NCBI GenBank assembly: GCA_017467445.1
Contig: JAFTSG010000005.1
Coordinates: 12,112 to 76,111 of the forward strand
DNA length: 64,000 bases
From: Clostridia bacterium
Lineage (GTDB): Bacteria; Bacillota; Clostridia; RUG12999
Direction of reading: 5' to 3'
Below, one piece after another: positions 47,905-57,864 of this stretch (position 1 is the stretch's first letter; each line of letters starts with the position of its first letter). The notes under the pieces were generated by a model that saw only the letters and a list, made by a program, of their open reading frames with translations, was not told the DNA's origin and did not search any database. Made by a program: the position numbers and the translations under genes.

Positions 47905-48288
47905 TTATTTAAGTCTCATCAAGTGCTGGCAGTAAACATATACATTCTGTATTTTTTTAGCCTCAACACCATCATCAGCCTGAATTACCGGCTGTGTTTC
48001 AGAAGGAGTTACATATAGCTTGAACACAATTGCATCCTGACCGGGACGCATATTACGAATATGCTTATATTCAAAGTCACGGCGCATAATGCCAAGATAA
48101 TCAAAAATAATTGTTTCAATTTCCGTATTGCTGAAACAACGAAGAATATCTTCTTCTTTATGAATATCAAGCAGATGTTTTGCTTCTTCAAAAGTAAGGT
48201 TCTGGCATTTGAATTCTCCCTCGTTCAAAACTGACATCATACTGCTGTTGTCAAGTAACAACAATGGCAAATCTTTAGAATTGTTCAT
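47905..48288 (-). CDS. Hypothetical protein resembling the DUF1874/STIV B116/YddF (AcrIII-1) family, catalytic motif altered
   Basis: AAGGAGG RBS; NSS..G.F....TFEEAK..LG..PGQDAIVFKL..L.RL pattern recalled by eye. Confidence 0.55.
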   Translation of the reverse strand: MNNSKDLPLLLLDNSSMMSVLNEGEFKCQNLTFEEAKHLLDIHKEEDILRCFSNTEIETIIFDYLGIMRRDFEYKHIRNMRPGQDAIVFKLYVTPSETQPVIQADDGVEAKKIQNVYVYCQHLMRLK

Positions 48289-48331
48289 ATATTATACCTC
48301 CTTTTTTGTTAAGTTAACATCAATATTTATG

Positions 48332-49654
48332 TTAATTTATTACATTATACACACTTTTTGCCGTTTTGTCAACAAAATTTTTCATTTTTATAAATATATG
48401 TCTAAATTGCTTGTACATATACTGAAAGCCATATGCCGAAATCATTATAATAAAGCACATTACCATATACATATATCTTGAAAAACAATAATATGGTAAA
48501 TGGATACAGTTGAACAAAAGCACCGTAACAAGAATCATCCCCGTTTCCGCATTTATTCGCTTTTGTATTATCATAAACAGTACACTTGCCACAAAAACTA
48601 CAAGCAGGGCGCGGTGATATACCGTTATAGGCAGATAAGTACCTAAATATATCGGATACCACATATACGGCAAACTGAAATTCCTTATGGTTTTTCCCAC
48701 AGTATACCAGCGCAGATACTCTACTGTATTATGTTTAATATTATATTTAAAAAGCCTGTTTGCAATTTCGTGTTCCGCCGCATCTGCCGAAATTTCGCTG
48801 TCACCGTAGTCAATATCATTTGTATTAACTACTGCAAGTAACTTTTCACGTTCTTCGGCCGAATAGTCTATTATTGTACCCTGCATTTTCGGATTGCCCG
48901 AAGATAAGGTCAGCGGAATAAACCTGTCAAACACCTCAAAATTTCTTATAACCCACGGCGACATAATTATCACAAACGGAATTGCTACACATACTGCAAA
49001 TTTCGCCATATCTTTAATGCCGATTTTTTTAAAGAGCCAATATATAAAAATAACAATTCCCAAAACTGTCATTGTAGCCCTGAACATTACAGCTATCGCC
49101 CACATTGTACCCGCTATAAAAAGGAGTCGTTTTTGTTTCGTTTCCGTGCCCCATATGAGAAAATATATCATAAGCAAAAATGCTGTATATGCAGGCACTT
49201 CCGTCAGCACTACAGTTGAAACATAAATATTCGGCAGATAAAAAAATGAAAGCACCATAGTAATAAGAGCAACTCTGGAATTAAAAATTTTTCTTGCAAT
49301 AAAAAATACCATATATAAATTAAACGTCTGCAAGATTGCAAAAACAATTCTTACCGGCATAACTGCGCCCGGGGCGCCGAACAAAGCCACAAAGGGGCTG
49401 AGAAAAAGCGTAATCCCCGGCATAATGAACACCGTAGGCTTGTCCGGATATCCGTATGTCAACTGCCCTGTTTTTATAAATGTTTGGGCACTACGCAGAT
49501 ATTTTACATCATCATCGTCATAAAGTTCAAAACTGCCGAGGAGTAGTTTATCATTATAATAAAGCGATGCAAAAATGCAAGCAAAAAGCATTGCCGCCAT
49601 TAGTATTATTACAGCCATTTTTACCGATTTTGATTCTGCCGCTATCGAAAACAT
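48332..49654 (-). CDS. GT-C (ArnT/PMT, family 39-like) membrane glycosyltransferase
   Basis: DDDDVKY, MPG, LTE, PWVIRN, RY; many TM helices. Confidence 0.8.
   Translation of the reverse strand: MFSIAAESKSVKMAVIILMAAMLFACIFASLYYNDKLLLGSFELYDDDDVKYLRSAQTFIKTGQLTYGYPDKPTVFIMPGITLFLSPFVALFGAPGAVMPVRIVFAILQTFNLYMVFFIARKIFNSRVALITMVLSFFYLPNIYVSTVVLTEVPAYTAFLLMIYFLIWGTETKQKRLLFIAGTMWAIAVMFRATMTVLGIVIFIYWLFKKIGIKDMAKFAVCVAIPFVIIMSPWVIRNFEVFDRFIPLTLSSGNPKMQGTIIDYSAEEREKLLAVVNTNDIDYGDSEISADAAEHEIANRLFKYNIKHNTVEYLRWYTVGKTIRNFSLPYMWYPIYLGTYLPITVYHRALLVVFVASVLFMIIQKRINAETGMILVTVLLFNCIHLPYYCFSRYMYMVMCFIIMISAYGFQYMYKQFRHIFIKMKNFVDKTAKSVYNVIN
48344..48372 (-). promoter_or_regulatory. Sigma-A promoter of the DUF1874-like gene, inside the glycosyltransferase 3' end
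   Basis: Perfect TTGACA-17-TATAAT. Confidence 0.75.
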
Positions 49655-49775
49655 TAACTTTGCCCTTTCTTTTAACTTGTGTTAATTTATTATACCCAGT
49701 TATTGGACAAAAGTTAACTAAAATGCCCCAATTTGTGAAAAAACACAAATTGGGGCTGTTCGTATGCCGAGGCAT

Positions 49776-51071
49776 TTATATATCATTTTTTATAATATCT
49801 TCATAAGTTTCGCGTTTTACCGCAAGGCTTGGTTTTCCGCCGCTTACCATTACAACCGGCGGCCGCGGGATTCTGTTATAATTACTTGCCATGGAATAGT
49901 TATATGCCCCTGTTGCAAGCACAGCAAGAATATCGCCAGCTTTCAGTTTCGGCATTTTTATATCCTTTATTAAAAGGTCGCCCGATTCGCAGCATTTACC
50001 CGCAATGGTAACTTCCTTTTCCGGCTGTGCCAGCGGATTGTTTGCCAGAAGCGCATGGTATTTTGAGCCGTACATAATAAATCTCGGGTTATCAGCCATA
50101 CCGCCGTCAACCGACACATATGTACGCACGTCCGGAATTTCCTTTACGCCACCTATTTTATATAAGGTAGCGCCTGCGGATGCAACAATTGACCTTCCGG
50201 GTTCCATAAGAATTTTCGGCATTTCAATTCCTTTTTCTGCCGCTACCTTTTTTACAACCTTTGAAACCGCTTCGATATATGCGTCATAATCAATCGGATT
50301 ATCTTCCGGAACATATTTGATTCCGTATCCGCCGCCAAGGTTCATTTGCTCAATTTTTATACCCTCAGCTTTAAGGTCGGCAATAAATCCCATCATAACA
50401 CTTGCCGCGTGTTCAAACGGCTGGATGTCAAAAATCTGCGAGCCGATATGGCAATGCACACCGACAATATTTAAGTTTTTCATCTGTTTTGCGGTTTTAT
50501 AGGCTTCCATAGCCTCGCCTGTTTCAAGCGCAACACCGAATTTGGAATCAATCTGTCCGGTCATAACAAACTCGTGTGTATGAGCATCAATACCGGGCTT
50601 GATTCTGAACATTATGTTTACGGTTTTACCTTTATTTTCGGCAATAGTGTTCAATTTTTCAAGTTCAAAAATATTATCAACAACAATGGTACCAACACCG
50701 CTCGTAACTGCAAGAGAAAGCTCGTCTTCGGTTTTGTTATTTCCGTGAAAATATACTTTTTCCATTGGAAAATCCGCTTTTATTGCGGTATAGAGTTCCC
50801 CGCCCGATACCACATCAAGACCGAGACCCTCTTCTTTTACGATTTTCACCATACGCTTGCAGGAAAAGGCTTTGCTTGCATAAAGCACAAGCCCGTTTCC
50901 TCCGTAGTGTTTATCCATTGCGTCTTTATATATTCTGCAGTTTTTGCGGATGAGGTCCTCGTCCATTACATAAACCGGTGTGCCAAACTCTTTTGCAATA
51001 TCAATGGCATTTGCACCGCCGATGCAAAGAACGCCTCTCTCATCAACGCTTAAACTTTCGGATACAAACAC
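49776..51071 (-). CDS. lysA: Diaminopimelate decarboxylase
   Basis: GTPVYV, YASKA, HCHIGSQ, EPGRS, CESGD, GAYNYSMASNYN. Confidence 0.96.
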   Translation of the reverse strand: MFVSESLSVDERGVLCIGGANAIDIAKEFGTPVYVMDEDLIRKNCRIYKDAMDKHYGGNGLVLYASKAFSCKRMVKIVKEEGLGLDVVSGGELYTAIKADFPMEKVYFHGNNKTEDELSLAVTSGVGTIVVDNIFELEKLNTIAENKGKTVNIMFRIKPGIDAHTHEFVMTGQIDSKFGVALETGEAMEAYKTAKQMKNLNIVGVHCHIGSQIFDIQPFEHAASVMMGFIADLKAEGIKIEQMNLGGGYGIKYVPEDNPIDYDAYIEAVSKVVKKVAAEKGIEMPKILMEPGRSIVASAGATLYKIGGVKEIPDVRTYVSVDGGMADNPRFIMYGSKYHALLANNPLAQPEKEVTIAGKCCESGDLLIKDIKMPKLKAGDILAVLATGAYNYSMASNYNRIPRPPVVMVSGGKPSLAVKRETYEDIIKNDI

Positions 51072-51083
51072 ATCAATCTCTCC

Positions 51084-54000
51084 TTATTTGAAGTATTTTA
51101 CGCCCGATTCAAATATAGGCTGATTTTTGTTTCCGGGAACGTTTTTGTAAAGGCTGTCGCCTGTTCTTTCGCTGTGTCCCATTTTACCAAACACACGTCC
51201 ATCTGCGCTGAAGATACCTTCAACCGCGTGAACTGAACCGTTCGGGTTATATTTTATATCATATGTTGGATTGCCCGCATCATCAACGTATCTTGTAGCA
51301 ATCTGTCCGTTTGCGGCAAGCTTTTTGTAAAGCTCTTCACTGCATACAAACTTACCTTCACCGTGAGAAATTGCAATTCTGTGAATATCACCAACCTCGC
51401 AGCAGCTCATCCATGGAGATTTTACGGATGCAACTTTTGTATTTACAAGACATGATGCGTGACGACCTATATTATTATAGGTAAGTGTCGGACATTCGTC
51501 AGTTAAATCTGTAATTTCGCCATACGGTACAAGACCAAGTTTTATAAGTGCCTGGAACCCGTTACAGATACCGAGCATAAGACCGTCACGATGTTTGAGA
51601 AGTTCGTTAACCGCATCTTTGATATACGGATTTCTGAACGCTGCAGCAATAAATTTACCTGAACCGTCGGGTTCGTCACCGCCGGAGAATCCACCCGGAA
51701 GCATTACTATCTGTGATTTTGAAATTTCCTCGGCAATATGTTTAAGTGAATAATCAATGTCTGCACCAGAAAGGTTTTTAACAACAAATATTTCAGCACT
51801 TGCGCCCGCTTTTTCAAACGCTTTGGCACTGTCATATTCGCAGTTTGTTCCCGGAAATACCGGAATGAATACTCTCGGTCTTGCAATGCCGTGCGGATTT
51901 ATTGATACTCTGATGTCGCAGATTGTATCATCGCATGCCGGTTTTTCAATAGCCGTGTCGGTCGGGAATACCTTTTCAAGCGGTGCTCTCCAGTGAGCGA
52001 TAAGTTCGTCGATATCGTATGCTTTTTCAAGTACGATTTCGTTTTCGCCGAATGTAGCACCAAGAACTTCAGCGTCAACATCGCCGTCTACTTCAAGGAT
52101 GAAGCTGCCGTATGCTGGAGCATACAAATCTTCAGTAAATGTGCCATCAAGCTTGAATCCAATTTTGTTACCAAACGCCATTTTTGCGATTGCCGGAGCA
52201 ATTCCGCCTGCGCCAACTGTCATAGCAGCAAGCACTTTATTGTTTTCGATAAGATTTGCAATAATATCGTAGTTTTTCTTGAGGTCGTCAAAATCTATTG
52301 TATAGTCGTCGTTAACTTTGGTTTTGATATATACAACCTTGCTGCCCTGTTTTTTGAATTCGTTGGATACAACTTTGCCGCTATTCACTGTTGTTACAGC
52401 AAATGCCGCAAGTGTCGGCGGTACATCAATATCTTTAAATGTACCGGACATGCTGTCCTTACCGCCGATTGCCGCAATACCGAGCTGCATCTGTGATTCG
52501 TATGCACCAAGGAGAGCCGCAAGCGGTTTACCCCAACGGGTCGGATTGTTTCCAAGACGTTCAAAATATTCTTGAAGTGTAAGGTATGTTTCCTGGTATT
52601 TACCGCCTGCCGCAACAATTTTACTTACCGCGTGTACAATTGAATACATACTTCCGTGGTATGGACTCCACGACGCAAGCTCGGGGTCAAGACCGTATGC
52701 CATAAGAGATGCTGTTGTGGTGTTACCGCCGAGAACAGGCAGTTTTGCCGCCATAACATCAGCAGGAGTAAGCTGATGCTTACCGCCGAACGGCATAAGC
52801 ACGGTGTTTGCACCGATTGTAGAGTCAAACATTTCAATAAGACCTTTTTTGGAGCACTGATTGAGGTCTTCAAGAGCGCCAAAGAGGTCGCTGTGTTTTT
52901 TACCATTATATTTTCCGTTTACACCGGAAACTTCAACTTTTGTGTTTTTCGGCGCACCATTGGATGATAAGAATTCTCTGGAAACATTAACAATGCTGTT
53001 ACCACGCCATACCATTACAAGACGTGGGTCTTCGGTAACTCTTGCAACTATTGTAGCTTCAAGGTTTTCTTTTGCTGCTTCGGCAATGAACGCACTTGCA
53101 TTTTTTTCTTCAACAACAACTGCCATTCTTTCCTGAGATTCGGAAATTGCAAGTTCTGTTCCGTCAAGACCTTCATACTTTTTGGGAACGCTGTCGAGAT
53201 TTATATAAAGACCGTCAGCAAGCTCGCCTATTGCAACGGACACACCGCCTGCACCAAAGTCGTTACATCTTTTAATCATAAGTGTAACGTCCTGGTTTCT
53301 GAACAGTCTCTGAATTTTCCTTTCGATAGGCGGATTACCTTTTTGAACTTCCGCACCGCAGGTTTCAAGAGATTCTTCGGTATGAGCCTTTGAAGAACCT
53401 GTTGCACCGCCGCAACCGTCACGACCTGTTTTACCGCCAAGGAGGATTACAAGGTCGCCATCAGCCGGAACTTCACGGCGAACTGCGCTTTTCGGGCATG
53501 CACCGATTACCGCACCGATTTCAAGACGTTTTGCAACATAGCCTTCGTTATAAACTTCGTCTACAAGACCTGTTGCAAGACCAATCTGATTACCGTATGA
53601 GCTGTAACCAGATGCCGCACCTGTTGTGATTTTTCTTTGTGAAAGTTTGCCGGGTATTGTATCCGCAAATGCTTTTCTTGGGTCAGCACTGCCTGTTACG
53701 CGCATTGCCTGATATACATAAGACCTGCCTGAAAGCGGGTCACGGATTGCACCGCCAAGACAGGTTGCCGCACCGCCGAATGGCTCAATTTCAGTCGGGT
53801 GGTTGTGTGTTTCGTTTTTAAACATAACAAGCCACGGCTCTTTTTTACCGTCAATATCGGCATCAACCACGATGCTGCAGGCATTGATTTCTTCACTTTC
53901 GTCAAGATTTTTTAGCAGCCCCTGTTTTTTAAGCTTTTTCATTGCAAGGGTTGCAACGTCCATAAGACAAATATCTTTATGTCTGTCGCCGTACACAAAT

Positions 54001-54776
54001 TTTCTTGAATCAAGGTAGTTGTTCCATGACTTTTCAATTTTATCGAATGCTGTGCCCGCACCAAATTCAACGCTGTCAAGTACTGTGCCGAAAGTTGTGT
54101 GACGGCAATGGTCGGACCAGTATGTATCAATCATACGGATTTCTGTAAGTGTGGGGTTCCTTTTTTCTTCTGTTTTGAAATACTCTCTGCAGAATTTAAT
54201 ATCGGCTTCATCCATTGCAAGAGAATATTCTTTAATTAAACCTACAAGCTCGTCTTCTGTGCAGGTAATGAAATTATCAATTGTTTTAACATCTTCCGGA
54301 TAGTCAATTTTATCGTCAAGAGTTTCGGGTTTTTCAAGAGCTGCCTGACGCGCTTCAACAGGGTTAATCATATACCCTTTGATTTTGTCAAACGCATCGT
54401 CCGAAATATTTCCTTCAAGCACGAAAACCTTTGCGCTTTTAACTTTCGGTCTGTCGCCGCAGGTAAGAATCTGGATACACTGCATTGCGGAATCGGCGCG
54501 CTGGTCATACTGTCCGGGTAAAAATTCGATGGCAAAAACCTTGCCGTCCACTTTCGGCATATTTTCGTGGTAGCAATCATCAACCGGCGGCTCGGAAAAT
54601 ACAATATTCGTTGCCTGTTTGTACTGCTCTTCGGAAAGCCCTGAAACGTCATATCTGCAGAATAGACGCACCCCGTCAAGCCCCTGTATACCAAGGTTGT
54701 TTGTAAGGTCGGCAAAAACCTTTTTTGCCTCTACATCATAACCCTTTTTCTTTTCAACAAAAATTCTCCTAATCAT
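51084..54776 (-). CDS. purL: Phosphoribosylformylglycinamidine synthase, fused large form
   Basis: WSDHCRH, ETHNHP, SESQERM, GGFSGGD, GICNGFQ, HGEG, GHSER. Confidence 0.96.
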   Translation of the reverse strand: MIRRIFVEKKKGYDVEAKKVFADLTNNLGIQGLDGVRLFCRYDVSGLSEEQYKQATNIVFSEPPVDDCYHENMPKVDGKVFAIEFLPGQYDQRADSAMQCIQILTCGDRPKVKSAKVFVLEGNISDDAFDKIKGYMINPVEARQAALEKPETLDDKIDYPEDVKTIDNFITCTEDELVGLIKEYSLAMDEADIKFCREYFKTEEKRNPTLTEIRMIDTYWSDHCRHTTFGTVLDSVEFGAGTAFDKIEKSWNNYLDSRKFVYGDRHKDICLMDVATLAMKKLKKQGLLKNLDESEEINACSIVVDADIDGKKEPWLVMFKNETHNHPTEIEPFGGAATCLGGAIRDPLSGRSYVYQAMRVTGSADPRKAFADTIPGKLSQRKITTGAASGYSSYGNQIGLATGLVDEVYNEGYVAKRLEIGAVIGACPKSAVRREVPADGDLVILLGGKTGRDGCGGATGSSKAHTEESLETCGAEVQKGNPPIERKIQRLFRNQDVTLMIKRCNDFGAGGVSVAIGELADGLYINLDSVPKKYEGLDGTELAISESQERMAVVVEEKNASAFIAEAAKENLEATIVARVTEDPRLVMVWRGNSIVNVSREFLSSNGAPKNTKVEVSGVNGKYNGKKHSDLFGALEDLNQCSKKGLIEMFDSTIGANTVLMPFGGKHQLTPADVMAAKLPVLGGNTTTASLMAYGLDPELASWSPYHGSMYSIVHAVSKIVAAGGKYQETYLTLQEYFERLGNNPTRWGKPLAALLGAYESQMQLGIAAIGGKDSMSGTFKDIDVPPTLAAFAVTTVNSGKVVSNEFKKQGSKVVYIKTKVNDDYTIDFDDLKKNYDIIANLIENNKVLAAMTVGAGGIAPAIAKMAFGNKIGFKLDGTFTEDLYAPAYGSFILEVDGDVDAEVLGATFGENEIVLEKAYDIDELIAHWRAPLEKVFPTDTAIEKPACDDTICDIRVSINPHGIARPRVFIPVFPGTNCEYDSAKAFEKAGASAEIFVVKNLSGADIDYSLKHIAEEISKSQIVMLPGGFSGGDEPDGSGKFIAAAFRNPYIKDAVNELLKHRDGLMLGICNGFQALIKLGLVPYGEITDLTDECPTLTYNNIGRHASCLVNTKVASVKSPWMSCCEVGDIHRIAISHGEGKFVCSEELYKKLAANGQIATRYVDDAGNPTYDIKYNPNGSVHAVEGIFSADGRVFGKMGHSERTGDSLYKNVPGNKNQPIFESGVKYFK

Positions 54777-54907
54777 GTCAAAACTCCTTTATCTAGTAAC
54801 GTATAAAAATACATATTATCCTATTTAATATTGTATCAGTATTTAGGTCAAATGTAAATAGATATTTTATATAAATTTTTATTATTCGTTATGTTTTTTG
54901 TTGTGAA

Positions 54908-55013
54908 AAGCCCTCCTTATGTAAAGGAGGGGGGACCGCGATAGCGGTGGAAGGATTGTTACAATCCCTCAGTCTCGCATACGCTCGACAAATTCTCATT
55001 ACAGGGGAGGCTT
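54908..55013. repeat. REP-like palindromic element; inverted relative of the element at 58684
   Basis: AAGCCCTCC..GGGGACCGCGATAGCGGTGGAAGGATTGTTACAATCCCTCAGTC..GGGGAGGCTT; resembles the reverse complement of about 58781-58862. Confidence 0.8.
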
Positions 55014-55014
55014 C

Positions 55015-55386
55015 CGGAACGGATGAATCCGTTCCCTACGATAAAAACTGTCATTCTGAGGAAGTGTCAGTGACTGAAGAATCTCTTATGTAAGATCCTT
55101 CGCTTTCGCTCAGGATGACAGAAAAAGGGAAACAGGATGACAGAGCGTTTGTTTGCGGAACGGATGAATCCGTTCCCTACGATAAAAACTGTCATTCTGA
55201 GGAAGTGTCAGCAACCGAAGAATCTCTTATGTAAGATCCTTCGCTTTCGCTCAGGATGACAGAAAAAGGGAAACAGGATGACAGAGTGTTTGTTTGCGGA
55301 ACGGATGAATCCGTTCCCTACGATAAAAACTGTCATTCTGAGGAAGCGTAAGCAACCGAAGAATCTCTTATGTAAGATCCTTCGCT
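55015..55386. repeat. Tandem array of about 2.6 units of 141 bp, each a GTAG-type REP plus a TGTCATTCTGAG/CTCAGGATGACA REP pair (BIME-like)
   Basis: Unit starts at 55015, 55156 and 55297; the minus strand reads GTAGGGAACGGATTCATCCGTTCCG. Confidence 0.9.
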
Positions 55387-55433
55387 AAAAACAAAACGGC
55401 GGTTGGAAATCCAACCGCCGTATTTTGTTTTTC
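55387..55433 (-). terminator. Intrinsic terminator after the small peptide gene
   Basis: ACGGCGGTTGGA-AA-TCCAACCGCCGT flanked by A/T tracts. Confidence 0.8.
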
Positions 55434-55589
55434 TTAGGAAGCCATGTTGTAGCTTGTTTTGTAAGATTCAATATCAGAATCTACGCCAAGCGCTGTACCT
55501 TCCTGACCAAGCCAGTCATCAAGGCTTGCAAGTCTCTCAATGAGAGTATATTCATTCATGTTTGCCATTGGTTTAATATATTTTTTCAT
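55434..55589 (-). CDS. 51-aa small protein MKKYIKPMANMNEYTLIERLASLDDWLGQEGTALGVDSDIESYKTSYNMAS
   Basis: Not in ORF track; strong AGGAGGG RBS, starts 19 nt after the upstream stop, followed directly by a terminator. Confidence 0.8.
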   Translation of the reverse strand: MKKYIKPMANMNEYTLIERLASLDDWLGQEGTALGVDSDIESYKTSYNMAS

Positions 55590-55608
55590 GTTCTTATACC
55601 CTCCTATA

Positions 55609-57579
55609 TTAATCTACTGTAAATGTTGTAGCTACGCCAAATGCGTAATCTTCGCCAACTTTTACGTATGTTTTTGCTGTGTATTCGCCTGCTTCAAGAC
55701 CGATAAATTCAATTGCGAACTGACCATTTGCTGTTCCTAATGCTGCATCTGCTGCAAAGTACGGACCATAAGCACCTGTTGCTGTTACTACTTCATCGCC
55801 GTCTTTTGTAAGGTAAATACCATATTCATCAACTGTGTTGTCAAGTACTTTACCAAATGTTACTGCAGAAGTTGCTGTAGGAGCAAATACTGCAGGAAGT
55901 GTTGCGATATCGTTAGATACGCCACTGATGTTGCTGTCAGCAAGAGCTGCTGTTGTTACAACGATTTCTGTATTAGCATTGATTGCTTCTGTTGTGTATG
56001 TGTCTTTTTCGTAAGCTTTAAAGCCTGCGAACGGTTCTCCACCAACTGTGATGGACTGAATGTAGTAACCGAATTTCGGTGCTACTGTGAATGTTGTTGT
56101 TTCACCAGCTGTTACTGTTGCATCTTCTACACTTACAACAGCGTTTTCACCGCTGATTGTTACATTATATGTTGCCGGAGCCGGAGGTTCCACTGAAGGA
56201 ACACCGATTGGTGTAAGTCTTTTAACAGAAATGTTATCAAAATATGTAGCTGCGTCTGCCTGGAAGTTGATATAGTCTTTTTTGCTTGCAATTATATCCA
56301 TATATACCTGATATGTTGTCCAAACTGCATATCCAGGGCGTGTAGCATAATATCTGCCGTTATGAGCAAATTCTGTATTAGTGTTTGCACCGTATACTTT
56401 AACATCCCCTACTGGACTTGGCATTTTAGCATCCCATGTTATAACATATTTTTCGCCTTCCATCCAATCCCATGTAGGTCCCATTAATTTTCCTGATGTA
56501 TAATAGAAAGAATATTCTCCGCCGTTTTTATCTGCTGTTGTTCTTTCAGCACCTGTAAAGCGAGCTTCTTCTTCAGCTTCTGCTTCAGCGTTTCCGTACG
56601 GATATACCTCTTCTACCTGGTACTGACCGTATGTTATTTCAAATTCTGCATCTTCTGTTAAATCAGCAGCAGCTAATGTATATGTATAACACTGATCTAC
56701 AATGAGTCTGCCGGTATCAGCAGTTTGTTCAGTTCCTAATGTAAATTCAACAGGTTCTCCGTTGAGTGTTGCGGAATGGAGGTAGTAACCTACTTCCGGA
56801 ATTACTTTAATTGTAGCTGTGTTTCCAACCATTACAGCGGAATCTGCAACTACTGTACCAAAGTCATTAACTTCTGTTACACTAATTCCGTAGCCTTCTC
56901 CCATTTCTTTGAAGGAAATATTATCAATATAAGCTATGTCAGGAGTAGCTATTTCTGTAGCTGATTTGTAACCGCCCTTCAGCTCAAAAAACAGTGCACT
57001 GTCTGCAGCACTTTGGTTTGCAGTTACATCTACTTCTACATGAAGCCATTTACCGCCAGGAAGACCGTCTATAGTTCTTAAGCGACTGCTATTAGTACCA
57101 TATGTTATGTCATCTATTCCTTCTGCTGTTACAACAGGTGCTCCCCATGTAACGTTTCCATCTACAGTACCGGCTAATTCAAGCTGAATAAATCCGCCCA
57201 AATCTGTATAAGGTTGAGCAGAACTGTTATGAGCACTTGTCATAGTAGAAATAATGTAAACATCGAACGCTACTTTGTATGTTTTTCCTGCTGTGTAGTT
57301 AATGTTGTTCGAATAAATTCTGGGGCGATGTTGTGTGTTGTATAACAGAAGAACTTGATTGTCGCCCTGTTCAACAATAGTACATTCCCCTCTGTCGTTA
57401 TACGCTGAAAAATCAGTTACACTTCTGCCTACTTGAAGTGCTTCTCCTACATCATAGGAGTCAAAACCGCCGTCAATAATCAAATCATTACCTTCAATCA
57501 TTGAAGCAGCCATTGTCGGCACTGCAAATAATGTAAGAACCATCATAAGCACAAGTGCCATTGATAAAAGTTTTTTCAT
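55609..57579 (-). CDS. Secreted protein with CBM4/9-like domains, InlB-B/Flg_new-like repeats and a beta-rich C-terminal domain
   Basis: Signal peptide MKKLLSMALVLMM..; DLIIDGGFD..YIDNISFKE; YFDNISVK; P..GYY..S.T..G repeats; AGGAGAGG RBS. Confidence 0.7.
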   Translation of the reverse strand: MKKLLSMALVLMMVLTLFAVPTMAASMIEGNDLIIDGGFDSYDVGEALQVGRSVTDFSAYNDRGECTIVEQGDNQVLLLYNTQHRPRIYSNNINYTAGKTYKVAFDVYIISTMTSAHNSSAQPYTDLGGFIQLELAGTVDGNVTWGAPVVTAEGIDDITYGTNSSRLRTIDGLPGGKWLHVEVDVTANQSAADSALFFELKGGYKSATEIATPDIAYIDNISFKEMGEGYGISVTEVNDFGTVVADSAVMVGNTATIKVIPEVGYYLHSATLNGEPVEFTLGTEQTADTGRLIVDQCYTYTLAAADLTEDAEFEITYGQYQVEEVYPYGNAEAEAEEEARFTGAERTTADKNGGEYSFYYTSGKLMGPTWDWMEGEKYVITWDAKMPSPVGDVKVYGANTNTEFAHNGRYYATRPGYAVWTTYQVYMDIIASKKDYINFQADAATYFDNISVKRLTPIGVPSVEPPAPATYNVTISGENAVVSVEDATVTAGETTTFTVAPKFGYYIQSITVGGEPFAGFKAYEKDTYTTEAINANTEIVVTTAALADSNISGVSNDIATLPAVFAPTATSAVTFGKVLDNTVDEYGIYLTKDGDEVVTATGAYGPYFAADAALGTANGQFAIEFIGLEAGEYTAKTYVKVGEDYAFGVATTFTVD

Positions 57580-57864
57580 TTCATTTCCTCTCCTTTTTTA
57601 AATTATTTTTTAATCGTAAAAACTTTTATGCGATTATGAAAATATTTTACCACATTTATTAAAATTTGTATATCTGCACATTGCACAAAAATTATTATAA
57701 TCATTTGTGCACCTTTTGCTTTTTGTGGATTTTTTTATTTTTACACATTGTATTCTCAAAAATTCTCCCGAATTCTACAAAAAAAGCAATATTTTATGCT
57801 TTACAAGGCAGGTGAATCGGTATATAATAAGTGTGATAAAAACGTTTTGGAGAGGGGCATTATT

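Noticed and set aside
55015-55386. Possible CRISPR array
   Set aside because: The units are 141 bp and nearly identical throughout, with no unique spacers and no cas genes.
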